A stretch of 63,935 nucleotides of DNA, filler included, from Welwitschia mirabilis (taxonomy: Eukaryota), in the NCBI GenBank assembly GCA_051453625.1. It is 5 parts of one record of this genome, joined end to end, with 100 filler letters (N's around TTAATTAATTAA, not from the genome) between each part and the next. Parts side by side here need not be neighbours in the genome. Positions count along the whole stretch, not along the records: positions 24,346 to 32,587 come from JBOZIK010000001.1; positions 32,688 to 55,932 come from JBOZIK010000001.1; 3 more parts are not named here. One strand, given 5' to 3'. This document shows, one piece after another, positions 24,701-38,600 of the stretch. The notes under the pieces were generated by a model. The model did no database searches. It was given only the letters and a program-made list of their open reading frames with translations, and was not told the DNA's origin. The first letter of the stretch is position 1, and every line of letters begins with the position of its first letter. A program made the position numbers and the translations under genes.

Positions 24701-27700
24701 AAATTTTTGAAACTCCCATGAGCAAAATTCATGATCATTCTTAGTTAGCAAATGATTTATTTTCTTGTTTCTTTCAGTTTCAGCTCTAGTCAGATATTTT
24801 AAATTTATTGACGGCTATGTCTTTTGATTTCAGATGATATAACCCTATTCTTGTATAATTATTAGCAAAATTAGTGAAAATATGAAGTACTGCCTGCAGA
24901 AACATCATTTATGTATCTTACTAAATCGGAATGGGTCAAATTTAAAACAGATGGCTTTTGACATGAAAACCTTTTCTCAAGTCCATTCTTTTACCTTTAG
25001 CTTCTGCACAGATGAATCAAAAATCAAGAGCTAGGCTGGTCACTGTGGGTAGTAAATTCTTTGACTAAAGAGCCTTTAGACTAGTTTCACTTAGAGGTCT
25101 TAGTCTTTAATGCCATAAAGTTGCTCAATTCTTCTATGCCACTACAACCTCATCAGGCATGGGTTCAACTTTCAAAATGTACATAGATCCCTTTTTCTTA
25201 CCACACAACATCATTGCTCCCTTGGCAATCTTCCAGCTGCTGCTTCCAATGTGATTGTAAAAGACTTTCAAATTGAAGTACATGAAATTGAAAATCTTCT
25301 CAAATCAAATCCTCTGATACCACTTGTTATCAAAATCAGTATAGCATAAAGTGAGACAAAGAAATGCGAATAGAAACAAAAGCAAAGCCACTCAAAATAT
25401 TTAAAAAGGTTTAGCCCTCTTCTAGCCTACATACTCAAGAAACTAGTTTAGAGCTCTTAATAGCAAACGAAAGCTTTAAAGAATACAAATAGCCATTAAG
25501 CACACTCCACCTTCCCCCTCAATGGCTTGCAGGGTATATCTAGGAGAAGAGTTAGGTTAAAAAAGCACACCAATCATAACTACTTTCTAACAGATTTCCC
25601 TTTTATTATTTTCCTTTTTAAATAGCCACCTAAGGTGTTTTTATAACAAAATCCACCTGGTACAACGAAATGGGATCAACATATGAATATAACAAAGAGG
25701 AGAATAAAAATAGACTTTGGCTTCACATTACAACATTCGGCAGTGAATGTGTTTGATAGCTTCATGAGACTTATAATGTTGTGGATCACTTCTACCATTT
25801 CAAAGATCTTATAACAAATGTATACGCAAATTGGATGGAAACCACCTAGAGAGTGGCTAAAGCATACCTTTCAAGGTATGGCACACACAAAAGCTTTTAC
25901 AATACGTAGTACTAAACTTGATTTTGTCTTCTTCAATTTGTGTTGTGCTTTCAGTTTTGTTCTTGATTTTTCTTCAAGATGCTTCTCTTGTGCTTGCTCC
26001 TTCCCTATGTTTTATTTTTTGCTGCTTTACAACTGTATCTCAAGAGAATTGTTATTTGTAGCTGGGCATGTCTTAGTTATGGTTGTTGCCTTGTCTAATG
26101 TTCCCTTAATTTTCTCTTTCTTTTATTTTCCCTTTCTGGAGCTGACATTCCTTTACTAATTTTCTTCCTAGCAACTATTGGCCTTCCTATATGTATATTA
26201 CACATACATGAGGTGAACCCATCCTTTAGGAAACTGAATACATGGCAAATTTATAATGCAATTTACAAACCCATCTTAATTGAGAATACAAGAGATGAAC
26301 TTGAAAAATGTTAGGGCATACCTATTAGAAAAAGAGAGATTAGATGGGGAAAAGTTAGAAGATGACTTCAAATAACGTTAGAATCAAGGGGATAGATATG
26401 TACTTTCCAGTGTCCTGTATTAGGGTTAAAAAGACATGCCTTAAGATGTCATAGAAGAGAAGATAAAATAAATTACTGAAGAAAACACATGCAAGCAACC
26501 AAACATCACTTGCCAATGCATTGAAAGAAAAGAAAGACAAAGGGACACCTAACCCCGTACCAAATCTGGGGCAAACGGTTAGGTAATATGCGTCCATTAC
26601 CTTTCACAACAGTTTATACATGAGTTTGCTTGCGCAACAAGCAACAATCATTAATGAAACACTAGATCCATTAAATTGAGCCAACCATGTTCACATTGCA
26701 TCCTAACATAAGATACATGCCAAGTTAGGAAGCCATTAAGTGTAAAGTTCATTAAGGACAGTTATGTTAGCAACCCATGAAAACATTGGTAAAATGAGAG
26801 AACACACAATATTATAGGAACACACCATATTGCATAGCCATGAGCCAGTGGTTGGGGAAACACATAAGCAAAGTTTAGTTTTCCTTAAGAACACATAAAA
26901 CATCTCATCTCATCTTCTTTTGCAAGAGCTATGGGTCCTTTTATCCAAAATTTACTTAAACCATATCNNNNNNNNNNNNNNNNNNNNNNNNNNNNNNNNN
27001 NNNNNNNNNNNNNNNNNNNNNNNNNNNNNNNNNNNNNNNNNNNNNNNNNNNNNNNNNNNNNNNNNNNNNNNNNNNNNNNNNNNNNNNNNNNNNNNNNNNN
27101 NNNNNNNNNNNNNNNNNNNNNNNNNNNNNNNNNNNNNNNNNNNNNNNNNNNNNNNNNNNNNNNNNNNNNNNNNNNNNNNNNNNNNNNNNNNNNNNNNNNN
27201 NNNNNNNNNNNNNNNNNNNNNNNNNNNNNNNNNNNNNNNNNNNNNNNNNNNNNNNNNNNNNNNNNNNNNNNNNNNNNNNNNNNNNNNNNNNNNNNNNNNN
27301 NNNNNNNNNNNNNNNNNNNNNNNNNNNNNNNNNNNNNNNNNNNNNNNNNNNNNNNNNNNNNNNNNNNNNNNNNNNNNNNNNNNNNNNNNNNNNNNNNNNN
27401 NNNNNNNNNNNNNNNNNNNNNNNNNNNNNNNNNNNNNNNNNNNNNNNNNNNNNNNNNNNNNNNNNNNNNNNNNNNNNNNNNNNNNNNNNNNNNNNNNNNN
27501 NNNNNNNNNNNNNNNNNNNNNNNNNNNNNNNNNNNNNNNNNNNNNNNNNNNNNNNNNNNNNNNNNNNNNNNNNNNNNNNNNNNNNNNNNNNNNNNNNNNN
27601 NNNNNNNNNNNNNNNNNNNNNNNNNNNNNNNNNNNNNNNNNNNNNNNNNNNNNNNNNNNNNNNNNNNNNNNNNNNNNNNNNNNNNNNNNNNNNNNNNNNN

Positions 27701-28602
27701 NNNNNNNNNNNNNNNNNNNNNNNNNNNNNNNNNNNNNNNNNNNNNNNNNNNNNNNNNNNNNNNNNNNNNNNNNNNNNNNNNNNNNNNNNNNNNNNNNNNN
27801 NNCCAAAAAAATAATCAGGATAGAAACACCCTAGGTGAAAAATGTGTAATTTTACAATACAATCGCCTTGACTATTTATGTTGAGAATCTGAAAATCTAC
27901 AAACAAAACAGAGTACATACTGCATAGTATAAAAAGTAAGCAAAGAAAAAAAAGACTGGAAATGGATTGAGATATAAATGACACCCAGATCCGTTTCTTC
28001 CTCTACACGCATATGTTCCTTCCTGATTGCTTTCTCCTTGCTATCAGTTCCATGCCAAAACATTTCAGTGGTAACATAGGGACGTAGATATGCAATGTTG
28101 CTAATGGGAGTGGTACCCTGATGTGCTGCCTCTATATGAAATATGAATCCTTACCTATCAAGATACAAGAGGGAGAAATCCACAAAAAAATGTATACACT
28201 CAAAAAATGGATTTCAAAGTAAAACCTTAGACACTTTATATTTGATTGAAATTGAAATTTTGACATCCAAATTGCATCTTTAGAGGACTGAGGGAACAGA
28301 ATGATGATTTGAGTGGATGAAGTCATAAAAACAGAGAAGAAAGGAAGTTTCTCACTTCTAATATTGTGTTTTAGGGGCCATGGTGTTAGTGTTGTAGAAG
28401 TATGGAAATTATGATTCAGGAGGAGATTGACACTGTTGTCATCTAGGCATGGAAATCACAATTCCAAGGAAAACATGTATCCAGGGTGATTCTGATTTTT
28501 CTTCTTTTTTGTAATTCTTCTCCTCTTGGAATCACTAGTTTGGATTGCTGGGAAATGTAATTCTGATTTGCTTGTTAAAAGTATGCTGCATGACACGGGT
28601 TT

Positions 28603-29022
28603 TGTTACAAAAATGTGGCAAAAAATAGAAATTTAGTGGCACAAGAAAACACCAACAACAAAAACAATAAACATAGACACAACGATTAACGTGGTTAGGG
28701 CCTTCTCTGCCCTACCTTCATAAAACAATGCAACTCCCTATTGGATTAGAACAACTTGAAGACATAAACCATCTTTGATAGCTAAAGTGTAAGCCAAAAA
28801 CCTTATACCTCTTCCCTTAAACGATGCCTCTTTTTAAAGACTCATTTTAGGGTTAAAATGCTAAAGTAGCCACAAGTTAACATTGAGTTAAACTCAAACA
28901 TCAACAAGATAAATATTTATCCATTTACAACATTTGAAGGGTGGGACCTCAAGTCAAGAAAAACTAAAGCTAAACAAAAGTGAACATGATAAAGGGGAAG
29001 ATTTGGCTTCATGTTTTCTAAA
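28603..29022 (-). mobile_element. Copia solo LTR
   Basis: Starts tgttac, has family motifs gattaacgtggttagggcc and atttggcttca, and no adjacent PBS or PPT. Flanks ggttt/tgttt are a near-TSD. Confidence 0.7.
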
Positions 29023-29049
29023 TGTTTTGGCTAGGTTTTCTAGCTAGTA

Positions 29050-29950
29050 CAAAGGGCTAGATTATAATAGCATGAAACAATGTCTGTGTGGGTGTAACTT
29101 GGTTTAGCCGTTTAGGACTAGGGACACCTTTGGACCTTTGAGCTTGGGTCGATTTGAACTACTTTAAGGTCTTTTCTTGACCTTAGGCAATAGGGAGATG
29201 TTCCTAATGCATTTGGATACACTCCCTCCTATGTTTGCAAAGTGCCCTACTTTGCAAGAAGAGTATCCCTTACTGGAAAATGATCTTCCACAGTTCCACT
29301 TCCCTCATGATGTCCCACCTTGTCTGATATCTTTGCATTTCCCAAACTTGATCTTTTCCATTGTTTCATCATGCTTAATTTAAACTAAAAGGATGGTCCA
29401 TACCATTTTAACCTTCAAGAAGAACTCTGCGGTCCAATTGCAGAACGTACCTGAGAAATGCACTCTGTGATCCATCCCTAATTTAACCTAAGGGTGGAGT
29501 TCAGAATTAATTGATTAAGGGCTAAAATACAAAGAGATGCTTGACATGTTATTGTCGCAACCAAGGCGTAATCTTTGGAGATAAATGAATTCAAGTGTTT
29601 AGCATGCATAGAAAAGCTAATTATTTTGAAGGGAGACAGATATCATTATCCATTACCTAATGATTCCAACTCCTACTTTAAGATGTTTCACTTTTTGTGA
29701 GTCACCAAGTATGCTTTTGTGCTTATTTCTTTAGATGTCATTTGGATAGCCATCCACCAAAAAGCGCTTTGGATTGGTGTGGAATCACGATCCATCCAAA
29801 ATCACAGTCTACAAGCTCTAGACCATGAACCAGATGATTCAATCCGATTTGTGATCTAACATGGTTCCACGTTCTGCAAATCATGTGTGTAAAAAATAAG
29901 AATAAAAATACAAGCCACAAATTATTATTTGAGGCACAAAACACATTCTC
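29050..29950 (-). mobile_element. Possible Gypsy gag relic
   Basis: Minus strand SCKVGHFAN (zinc-knuckle-like) at ~29235-29260. Otherwise heavily degenerate. Confidence 0.3.
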
Positions 29951-30927
29951 TTGTGACTTTCAAGGTTTTTGTGTGCTGTAAACACAAACACACACTTCGT
30001 TTACATCAATCTTGATCTGAAACTCAAGATTCCATTAGTAGTTCAAAGATTCAAGGTTTCAGATTTTGTCTCTTACCAAGGAACTTTGCTCTTGTAAGTA
30101 TAATAATGCTTTGAAATAGGTATTGTTTGTTGGTTTTTGGTTTCTTTTTTGCTTTTACTTTTTTTGTTTTCTTTTTTTTTTTTTAAAGATTTCCTCTTAG
30201 ATCCAAGGTTCTTTTATTTTTTATCAGCATTTAATGCTTCTTTTTGGTGAATCCCAGAAATTGTTCTGAAAATGCTAGATGCCGATGTGTATTTTTGTGT
30301 TTAGTGCATACATGTGTATGGACTTTTAAGGAGCATTGATCACACATGTATATACATTAAAATTTCAATAGTGTTTTCAAAACATCAATTAGAAAATCTA
30401 CTTTATTTTCATTACCATTTTTAGCTAAGTAATTCTAGACAATGATTCTGGATGACTCCGGTGTTCTAGATCTTCAAAACTAATAAACGGTTCCGCAAAT
30501 GATCTGATCTGTCTAACTATGAATGTGGCCTTGGAAACTCTACATGGTGGGGTGGACCTTCTGTAGGTCCCACTATTTCTCCATGTTGAGTTTGCAGATT
30601 GATCAGTGTGTTTTCTCTAGGATACTTGTAGATTAATTTTATTTGTATTATAAATTTATAATGTAATGAATGCCTTTTTCTCCAGAAATCAATTGCATTT
30701 TTTCTCTTTTTTCCCCTGACATTGTTTTGATACGTGGGTATTTGATATAATTACCTGTATATATTGCAATGTTGTTTTACTTCTTTAGCATCTCTACATG
30801 GATTTGAGTCTTCAAGTCTAATGTTTTTGGCCTCCAAATTTCGATGCTTCTTTAGTTGTCATCTTCGTAATTGTAAACAACAGCTTTGCTATCAGTGTTC
30901 TTAATATTCTAGTGAATGAACTTGCAG

Positions 30928-31114
30928 GTGTGTCTTTGTTGATGCTGGTGTGAGCCCAATTGACTTGGAAACAAAGAAAAAGAAGGACGAAATGAAAGCT
31001 AAAGAAATGCAGTCTAGGCTGCTGGCTGAACATGGAGAGTTGGCTTTGATAACTGTTGATAGTCCTCAACCTGCTGTTGAAGAAAAAACACCACTGAGGC
31101 CACCAATGATACAG
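30928..31114 (+). CDS. TWD40-2: TWD40-2 internal exon C (GC donor)
   Basis: Acceptor ttgcag|G completes GA+G (Glu). Encodes CVFVDAGVSPIDLETKKKKDEMKAKEMQSRLLAEHGELALITVD...LRPPMIQ, then donor CAG|gcaatt (phase 0). Confidence 0.9.
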
Positions 31115-31586
31115 GCAATTATTATACTAAAAATTTCTTATTTTGTGCTTTTTCAAAGGATATTTTGCATGTTAGTATAACTTAAAATATGCTATTAGAT
31201 TGTGAGAGAACTCTTCAATTCAGTTTTCGTTCAGGAGAAACTACAGCCATCTAATTGTAGTTTTGTTATCAGAGAAGCAAAAGTAGTTGTCAATGTAGAA
31301 ACTTGTACTACCATCTTGAATCATTGCTTTACACTTTTATCTTGCTGCATTTCACATCATTTGAATCCGTGTTTGTCTGGCTGTTGCAATGGTCATTGGG
31401 CCTTTTTAGATGAAAAAAATTACTCTTAAGAATTCTGAAGACTTAACTAAAATACATTTAACATGGGTTAGCATATGGATATCATTATGCCTTGCATGAC
31501 AGTTGAGAGGTAAGCAATGGGTGTACTTACAATGCATCTCCTTGGTTTCTTGAATGTTGTCCACATGTGCCTTCAGAAGGGAAAAG

Positions 31587-31997
31587 TTTTGGAGAGGAGT
31601 CCAATCTTTTGTCTAGTTTATTTTTCCATTTTATGTTTCAGAATAGTGGCTGTAAAAGAAAAAGTGTAAAGGGTAATCATATCTTATAAAGTTACTTTTG
31701 TATGGGCGGTCACTTAATTAAGAAGTCATTGTATTTGTAGGGTGTTGTCCCCAGAGTGATTGTTTCTAACCCTAAGGACAGCTTATAAAAGGGAGTTTTG
31801 TGTTGAAGGAAGATGATAGCTTGGTTTTGAGATGTGTGGCTTGCTGAAGCTATTGATGATGATATGTCTCATTGGAATCAAGAGATTTATACAATTTTGT
31901 GGACGGAGGCTAAAAAGGGCCTGGATCAAGTTAATTTGTGTGTGTTTTGCTTGTTGCTCTATTTTTTCCGATCCTTCCTATTGCATTTTTCATAACA
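31587..31997 (+). mobile_element. Copia solo LTR with perfect 5-bp TSD
   Basis: Flanked by AAAAG at 31582-31586 and 31998-32002. Ends ttttcataaca like the other LTRs; the 5' TG has mutated to TT. Confidence 0.8.
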
Positions 31998-32689
31998 AAA
32001 AGAACAACGGTTGAATGTAGGCTAGACATCTAATTGATGGCTCCGCCATCCATTATAAAGACATCTAAAAGTGGATTGCCTAGTATCACAACAACATGCA
32101 AGGTTTTCATTTGTGCAACCAACTATCCCCTTTAAACCTCCAAAAAACAAGGAGTAATTTTGAGTGACTTTCATGTGTCTAAGTATTCATTTAACAGCTT
32201 CTTATTAACACCTTGTTTGTTTATGTAACATAAGAGTATAACTATGACGAAGTAGATATCCAATCTTATGCAGATCATCACATATCTTTCTACTACTGAC
32301 AGCAATGACACTTAGGTAAATCTTATTTCTCTTCTTTTTGTTTGCTTTACACTGAGCAAAATCTAAGCTAGATAAATGAAAGTGAGCAGCCACAACAGTA
32401 CTAACAGTCTAAGATGATGTACATTTTTGGATTTAACATGTCAAAACATTTGAGAACGTTACTGTTGACTATTCCGATTGTGTTCAATTGTAGATCAATT
32501 TACTTTCCTTATTGTAGTATGTAATTGCTACTAGCCCCATAATTTGCTATTTTATGTTATTTCCTTGAATCCCACATTGATTAGGCANNNNNNNNNNNNN
32601 NNNNNNNNNNNNNNNNNNNNNNNNNNNNNNNTTAATTAATTAANNNNNNNNNNNNNNNNNNNNNNNNNNNNNNNNNNNNNNNNNNNNTG

Positions 32690-35600
32690 AACATTTTCAA
32701 AGTCCCCATCATGATGCTTATTATCACTAATGGTAGTAGTAACCCTCATGATATCTTTATGTATTAACTTTAGATTCTAATGCACAAATACAAGATCATT
32801 TAATCTCTCTGCAGTGTGCTTGTTTTTATAGAGTGAATGCATTCAAAACACTCCAATTCCTTTCACATTCTACATCAACATGAAAAAGACAATAATTAAT
32901 GACACATAAAAGAACTCCNNNNNNNNNNNNNNNNNNNNNNNNNNNNNNNNNNNNNNNNNNNNNNNNNNNNNNNNNNNNNNNNNNNNNNNNNNNNNNNNNN
33001 NNNNNNNNNNNNNNNNNNTAGATTGTAATGCACAAATACAAGATCATTTAATCTCTCTGCAGTGTGGTTGTTTTTATAGAGTGAATGCATTCAAAACACT
33101 TCAATTCCTTTCACATTCTACATCAACATGAAAAAGACAATAATTAATAACACATAAAAGAACTCCAAAATGCACAAAAATAGTTAAAATTTATAAGAAT
33201 ACAATAAAATTCAATGTGCAACATTGCAAACATGCAATCGACTTACTAGATGCACTACAGGGTGGGGTAATATTCTAATGGCTAGTTGTTGTAAATTTGA
33301 CACTTGTATTTTGAAACCAAGTCACCAATCATCTAGGATAATAAATAACCCAACTATAATCATTGAAAGTTAGACAAAAACACTACACTTTTAAAGTGAA
33401 AAAATTACTAACTTCTAAGTAAGAGTACAGTATGTTAATTGTGAACCCTAAAGTTTACTTTGTATACATTTATTGATTCCTAATTCACTTGAGGCCATCA
33501 TGAATGTTGAGCAATCTCTCTTTGTGTATCTGTTTAGCTCATTTATGAGTTGTAATGACTTTCGTGGATCTATTACCATCTTGTAAAAAACATGGGTGAT
33601 TTTTGTGGCAAGATGAGGATCATGTAGGAGTGATTTTCCAAGACCAAAATTTGGATTTAAAACATGTGCTATCGCATGCAAATCTATATGCAAATGTTCA
33701 TTCCATCTGTTTTGTATAAGAGAGCAATGCGTGCCCAGTCAGGATCTTGCTTGCTTGCAAGTATGTAAGTCTCAACATGACTTTTGGCCTTCTCTATGAC
33801 ATTATAAATAAATCCTATGGAAGATCTCTCACTATCTACGATATATAACCCCTTCACTAAGGGTTTAGGGATCTACAAAAACGAAATAAAAAAATTGCAT
33901 CAACGTACTTGTTATACGAATGTGAAGAATTCAAAAGTATAAAGTTGGAAATTGGAACTCCTTACGTGTATAATATTCTTTTCACCAAACCAAAAATGTC
34001 TTTCATTAAACACTATTCTTTTGGAAACCTTTGCTAAAGGAAGTTGCCTAATACTATTGAATTTTTTAGAATCTTTCCATTCTTCACTAGCGAACATGTT
34101 CATCAAAACACTTTTCCTTTTGGATAAGGAATCCAATAGACTAAAATTAGTGGCAAACCTTATTGTAGAAGGTTTAATGATTTAATTGCCCTTTGAAAAT
34201 TGCAAGAAGAAATGATTAACATGTTGATGTATGTAGATGAACTTGAAGAGCACTTTTGCGTGTCTCACAACCTTTAAAAAAAGAGAAATTAATTGTCAAA
34301 CACATTTAGACATAAACTAAGAGGCCACAACACTAACATTATTAATGCTTTACTACACAAATGCAATAAAAGTAATATAACGAAAGTCTAAAGAAGTAAA
34401 TATGATCATGACCATGCTAATCCACTAAATTGTTCTTACATCTTTTAGGAGAAGGTCAAGTGCAACATAGTGTGTCCAATAAATCATGGGATAAGAAGTC
34501 ATGAGAACTCAACCCTTCGCAATAAAGGAGGCCACATTGTCTGTGATAACCCAATTAAAATTAAGAAGTAACAGTGAGTCAATATAAAATAGATAACAAT
34601 CATTAAATAAGAAACACGATTCAATATAAATTAAATAATAATCATAAAATTCATAAAATTCTGAGTTAAAAATTCTACTTGGACCACATTGTTTGCACCA
34701 ATCTCCTCAGTGCATTCTCTAATAACTCCAAACAAGTATTTTGTGTTTTTCACAGGCTTTGGCACATCTGTGCTCTTTAAAAATATGATTCTAAAGGTAG
34801 AGTCAATCAAAATTTCAATTAGAGTTCTGCCTCTCTCTTCTTCGCAATCATCACATATTGAACTACAATCCTTTTCTTGACATGTTTCATGGTGGTTTTG
34901 TGACATGCCATTATGTTAGATTTAAATTCATCAAACAATTTTGTTCTTACCTCAGTATATCTTGGGAGTTTGAAAGCAGGCCTTGCTTTGTAAATTGCAT
35001 TGCACATCTTTTTTAACATAGTAGTAGAACGAAAAGGATTAAGGGTCAACATGTGCAACTACCAGAATTGAACCATTCTCTTTTTGGCTTGATGCATCAA
35101 TTTCTTCATTTGTGGAGTGTCATGCAATGTGTGGTGTATTAATGAAGGAAAAGATAAACTTCCCATTCCTTTACCACTGCCACTTCTGCTTGTTTGAGTA
35201 GAATCTTTATTGTAAATCAATGCTAAAGAAAACGAGGCGACAAGCACAAGAACAACACACACAGATTTACATGGAAAACCCTTTTGGGAAAAACCATGGG
35301 AAGCAGACAGAGCTCTTAATATTATTCGAGGAGCAAAAGAATCACCATACAAAACAAACCCCTAAGCAACCTTTAAATAAGTTTAGGGCTTTAAGGCAAG
35401 ACAATCTAGAAAGGTCCTCCCCTTTACCCTTCCTTTCTTTTTCTTTTATTTAAATACCACAAGGAGTTAAAACATAATCTCTTTTTACAACTTTACAAAA
35501 AGGGGTTTCAATGTTAAAACATAATATTACAATATAAACAGGACTAATTTGGCGTCACTTTTCTAATATTCTCCCACTTGAAGACAAATTTGGCGAGCCT

Positions 35601-38600
35601 TCAAGAACAACTCCTTCTGAAACTCCGAGAGATGCCTACTTCCGTGCTTCTAGATCACATCCCCAATCCAATTCCACTACAACATGCTTTTTGCTTTGTG
35701 CCATTAACAACCTTTGTTAGGAAATCAGCATGATTTGCATGCGTGTGAATTTTCCAAATATCTAATAGGCCTTTCTCGATGTTCTGCCTGATGAAATGAT
35801 ATTTAACATCAATGTGCTTAGTTCTAGCATGATAAACAAGATTCTTCGTTAGATGTATAGNNNNNNNNNNNNNNNNNNNNNNNNNNNNNNNNNNNNNNNN
35901 NNNNNNNNNNNNNNNNNNNNNNNNNNNNNNNNNNNNNNNNNNNNNNNNNNNNNNNNNNNNTAGTTCTAGCATGATAAACAAGATTCTTCGTTAGATGTAT
36001 AGCGCTCTGACTGTCACAGTGCAAGATAAACTTTGTTTGACCAAGGCCCAACCAGCCAACAAAACCACATAGCCATAACATCTCCTTAGCAGCTTCTGTT
36101 AACGCAACATACTCAGCTTCTGTAGTGTAAATAGAAACATCAGATTGTAGACGGGACATCCAACTAACAGCTCCACCACCAAGAGTAAATACGTATCCTG
36201 TAGTAGACCTTNNNNNNNNNNNNNNNNNNNNNNNNNNNNNNNNNNNNNNNNNNNNNNNNNNNNNNNNNNNNNNNNNNNNNNNNNNNNNNNNNNNNNNNNN
36301 NNNNNNNNNNNATCTCCTTAGCAGCTTCTGTTAACGCAACATACTCAGCTTCTGTAGTGGAAATAGAAACATCAGATTGTAGACGGGACATCCAACTAAC
36401 AGCTCCACCACCAAGAGTAAATACGTACCCTGTAGTAGACCTTTTGGTATCCCTGCAACTAGCATAATCAACATCCACATAACTTGTAATATGCAAATCA
36501 ATATTGCGAAAACACAAACTCATGTGTTGGGTTCCCTTCTAGTAACAAAGAACCCATTTTACAGCTTCCCAATGCTCTTTTTCAGGATTAGTCATGAAAT
36601 GTGAAACANNNNNNNNNNNNNNNNNNNNNNNNNNNNNNNNNNNNNNNNNNNNNNNNNNNNNNNNNNNNNNNNNNNNNNNNNNNNNNNNNNNNNNNNNNNN
36701 NNNNNNNNNNNNNNNNNNNNNNNNNNNNNNNNNNNNNNNNNNNNNNNNNNNNNNNNNNNNNNNNNNNNNNNNNNNNNNNNNNNNNNNNNNNNNNNNNNNN
36801 NNNNNNNNNNNNNNNNNNNNNNNNNNNNNNNNNNNNNNNNNNNNNNNNNNNNNNNNNNNNNNNNNNNNNNNNNNNNNNNNNNNNNNNNNNNNNNNNNNNN
36901 NNNNNNNNNNNNNNNNNNNNNNNNNNNNNNNNNNNNNNNNNNNNNNNNNNNNNNNNNNNNNNNNNNNNNNNNNNNNNNNNNNNNNNNNNNNNNNNNNNNN
37001 NNNNNNNNNNNNNNNNNNNNNNNNNNNNNNNNNNNNNNNNNNNNNNNNNNNNNNNNNNNNNNNNNNNNNNAACTTCTTGTGCCATTGACGAGGTGCTTGT
37101 TTCAAGCCATAAAGAGACTTTCTCAACTTGAAAGCCAGATTTCTATTTTTCATGTCCAACCCCTCTGGTACATGCATATAAATTTCCTCTTTTAGATCAC
37201 CTTGTAAAAAAGTTGTTTTAATGTTAATTGCTTTAACTCCAAATGTAAACAGGCAACCATACCAAACGAAATCCGAATAGACGTGTGTTTCACAACAGGT
37301 AAGAAAATTCTATAAATGAATGCGTGGTTTTTGGCTGTACCCTTTCACCACCAACCGTGCTTTGTAGTGTTGTTCACCATTAGCCTCTTGTTTGATAATG
37401 TACACCCACCTAGACCCTAACGGTCTTTTCCCTTTAGGTAATGGAACCAAATCTCAAGTATGATTTTGTTCGAGGGATTTAACTTATTCTTCCATGGCAG
37501 CTTTCCATTTATGAGATTCAGAAGAAGAACAAGCTTCTTCAAAGGATTCAGGTTCTCCCTTATCTGTNNNNNNNNNNNNNNNNNNNNNNNNNNNNNNNNN
37601 NNNNNNNNNNNNNNNNNCTTTGACGGATCTATGAACCTAATGTGTTGGAGTTTGGGTTCCATCATCGTTAGACTCAGATTCAGTTTTAGAACTTAAGCGT
37701 TCCTCTTCAGGCTGGTTTAGTTTACGCTGGTCATTTCCCCCATGTGTATTATGCTTTTTGTCATCATCAACCTATTTAGGCTTGTGCAAGGTGTGGGAAT
37801 CAAAACTTTCCCTTTTCTAAATGCTCTCGTGTGACCTGTAAAACATTATGTCTTTTGTGAATTCAACATCATGTGATCTAACAATCCTATGTGCCATAGG
37901 ATCCCAAAGCTCGTATCCAAAATCATCTCTCTATAGTCAAGCAAAACATTTCCTGCCACTTTCTTCCAGTTTTCTTGTACCTTGCAAATGGACATACACC
38001 TCACATCCAAAAACACGCAGGTGAGAGAAAGAAAGAAAACTCCCACTCTAGACAGATTCTGGAATATCACCATCTAAGGCTAAATGAGGAGAACAATTGA
38101 TCAAATAAGCAACTATTCTAGTAGCTTTTGCCAAAACAACTTAGGTACACTAGACTGAGCAAACATGGATCTAATTCTGTCAAGAACTATATGATTATCT
38201 CTTTCTGCATCACTGTTATTTTGTGGTGGTTTTGGTGGTGTTCTGGTATGTACAATTGTAGCCTGCTTGCAAAATTTAGAAAACTCATGGGAGGTCTATT
38301 TGCCCCCAATATCAATGATTAGACACTTTATTTTGCAGCTAGATTCATTTTCTACTCTAGCTCTAAACTCCTTAAACTTTTCTAATGCTTAACTTTTGGA
38401 ATGCATAAAATAAATTCACATCTTTCTGCTAAATCTACCAATGAATGTAATGAAATCTAATGCACCGCATAGAGACATGACAGACGTTGGACCAACAACA
38501 TCAGAATACATCATATCAAGTTTTCCTAAAAGCAACACACTTATTTTTACCAATAGCACAATCATGATAGAAATCTAGAGAAATTGAAGAAAACTTAGGT

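Larger units (their letters stand above)
22747..25735 (-). mobile_element. Internally deleted Copia with paired LTRs
   Basis: LTRs ~22747-23060 and 25325-25735 share tagcataaagt...gaggtttagcccttttctagccta-like sequence. PBS complement at 25312-25322. RNaseH HPCTKHIDISYHF and pre-integrase WKIAKGAMMLCGKKKGSMY. Confidence 0.75.
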
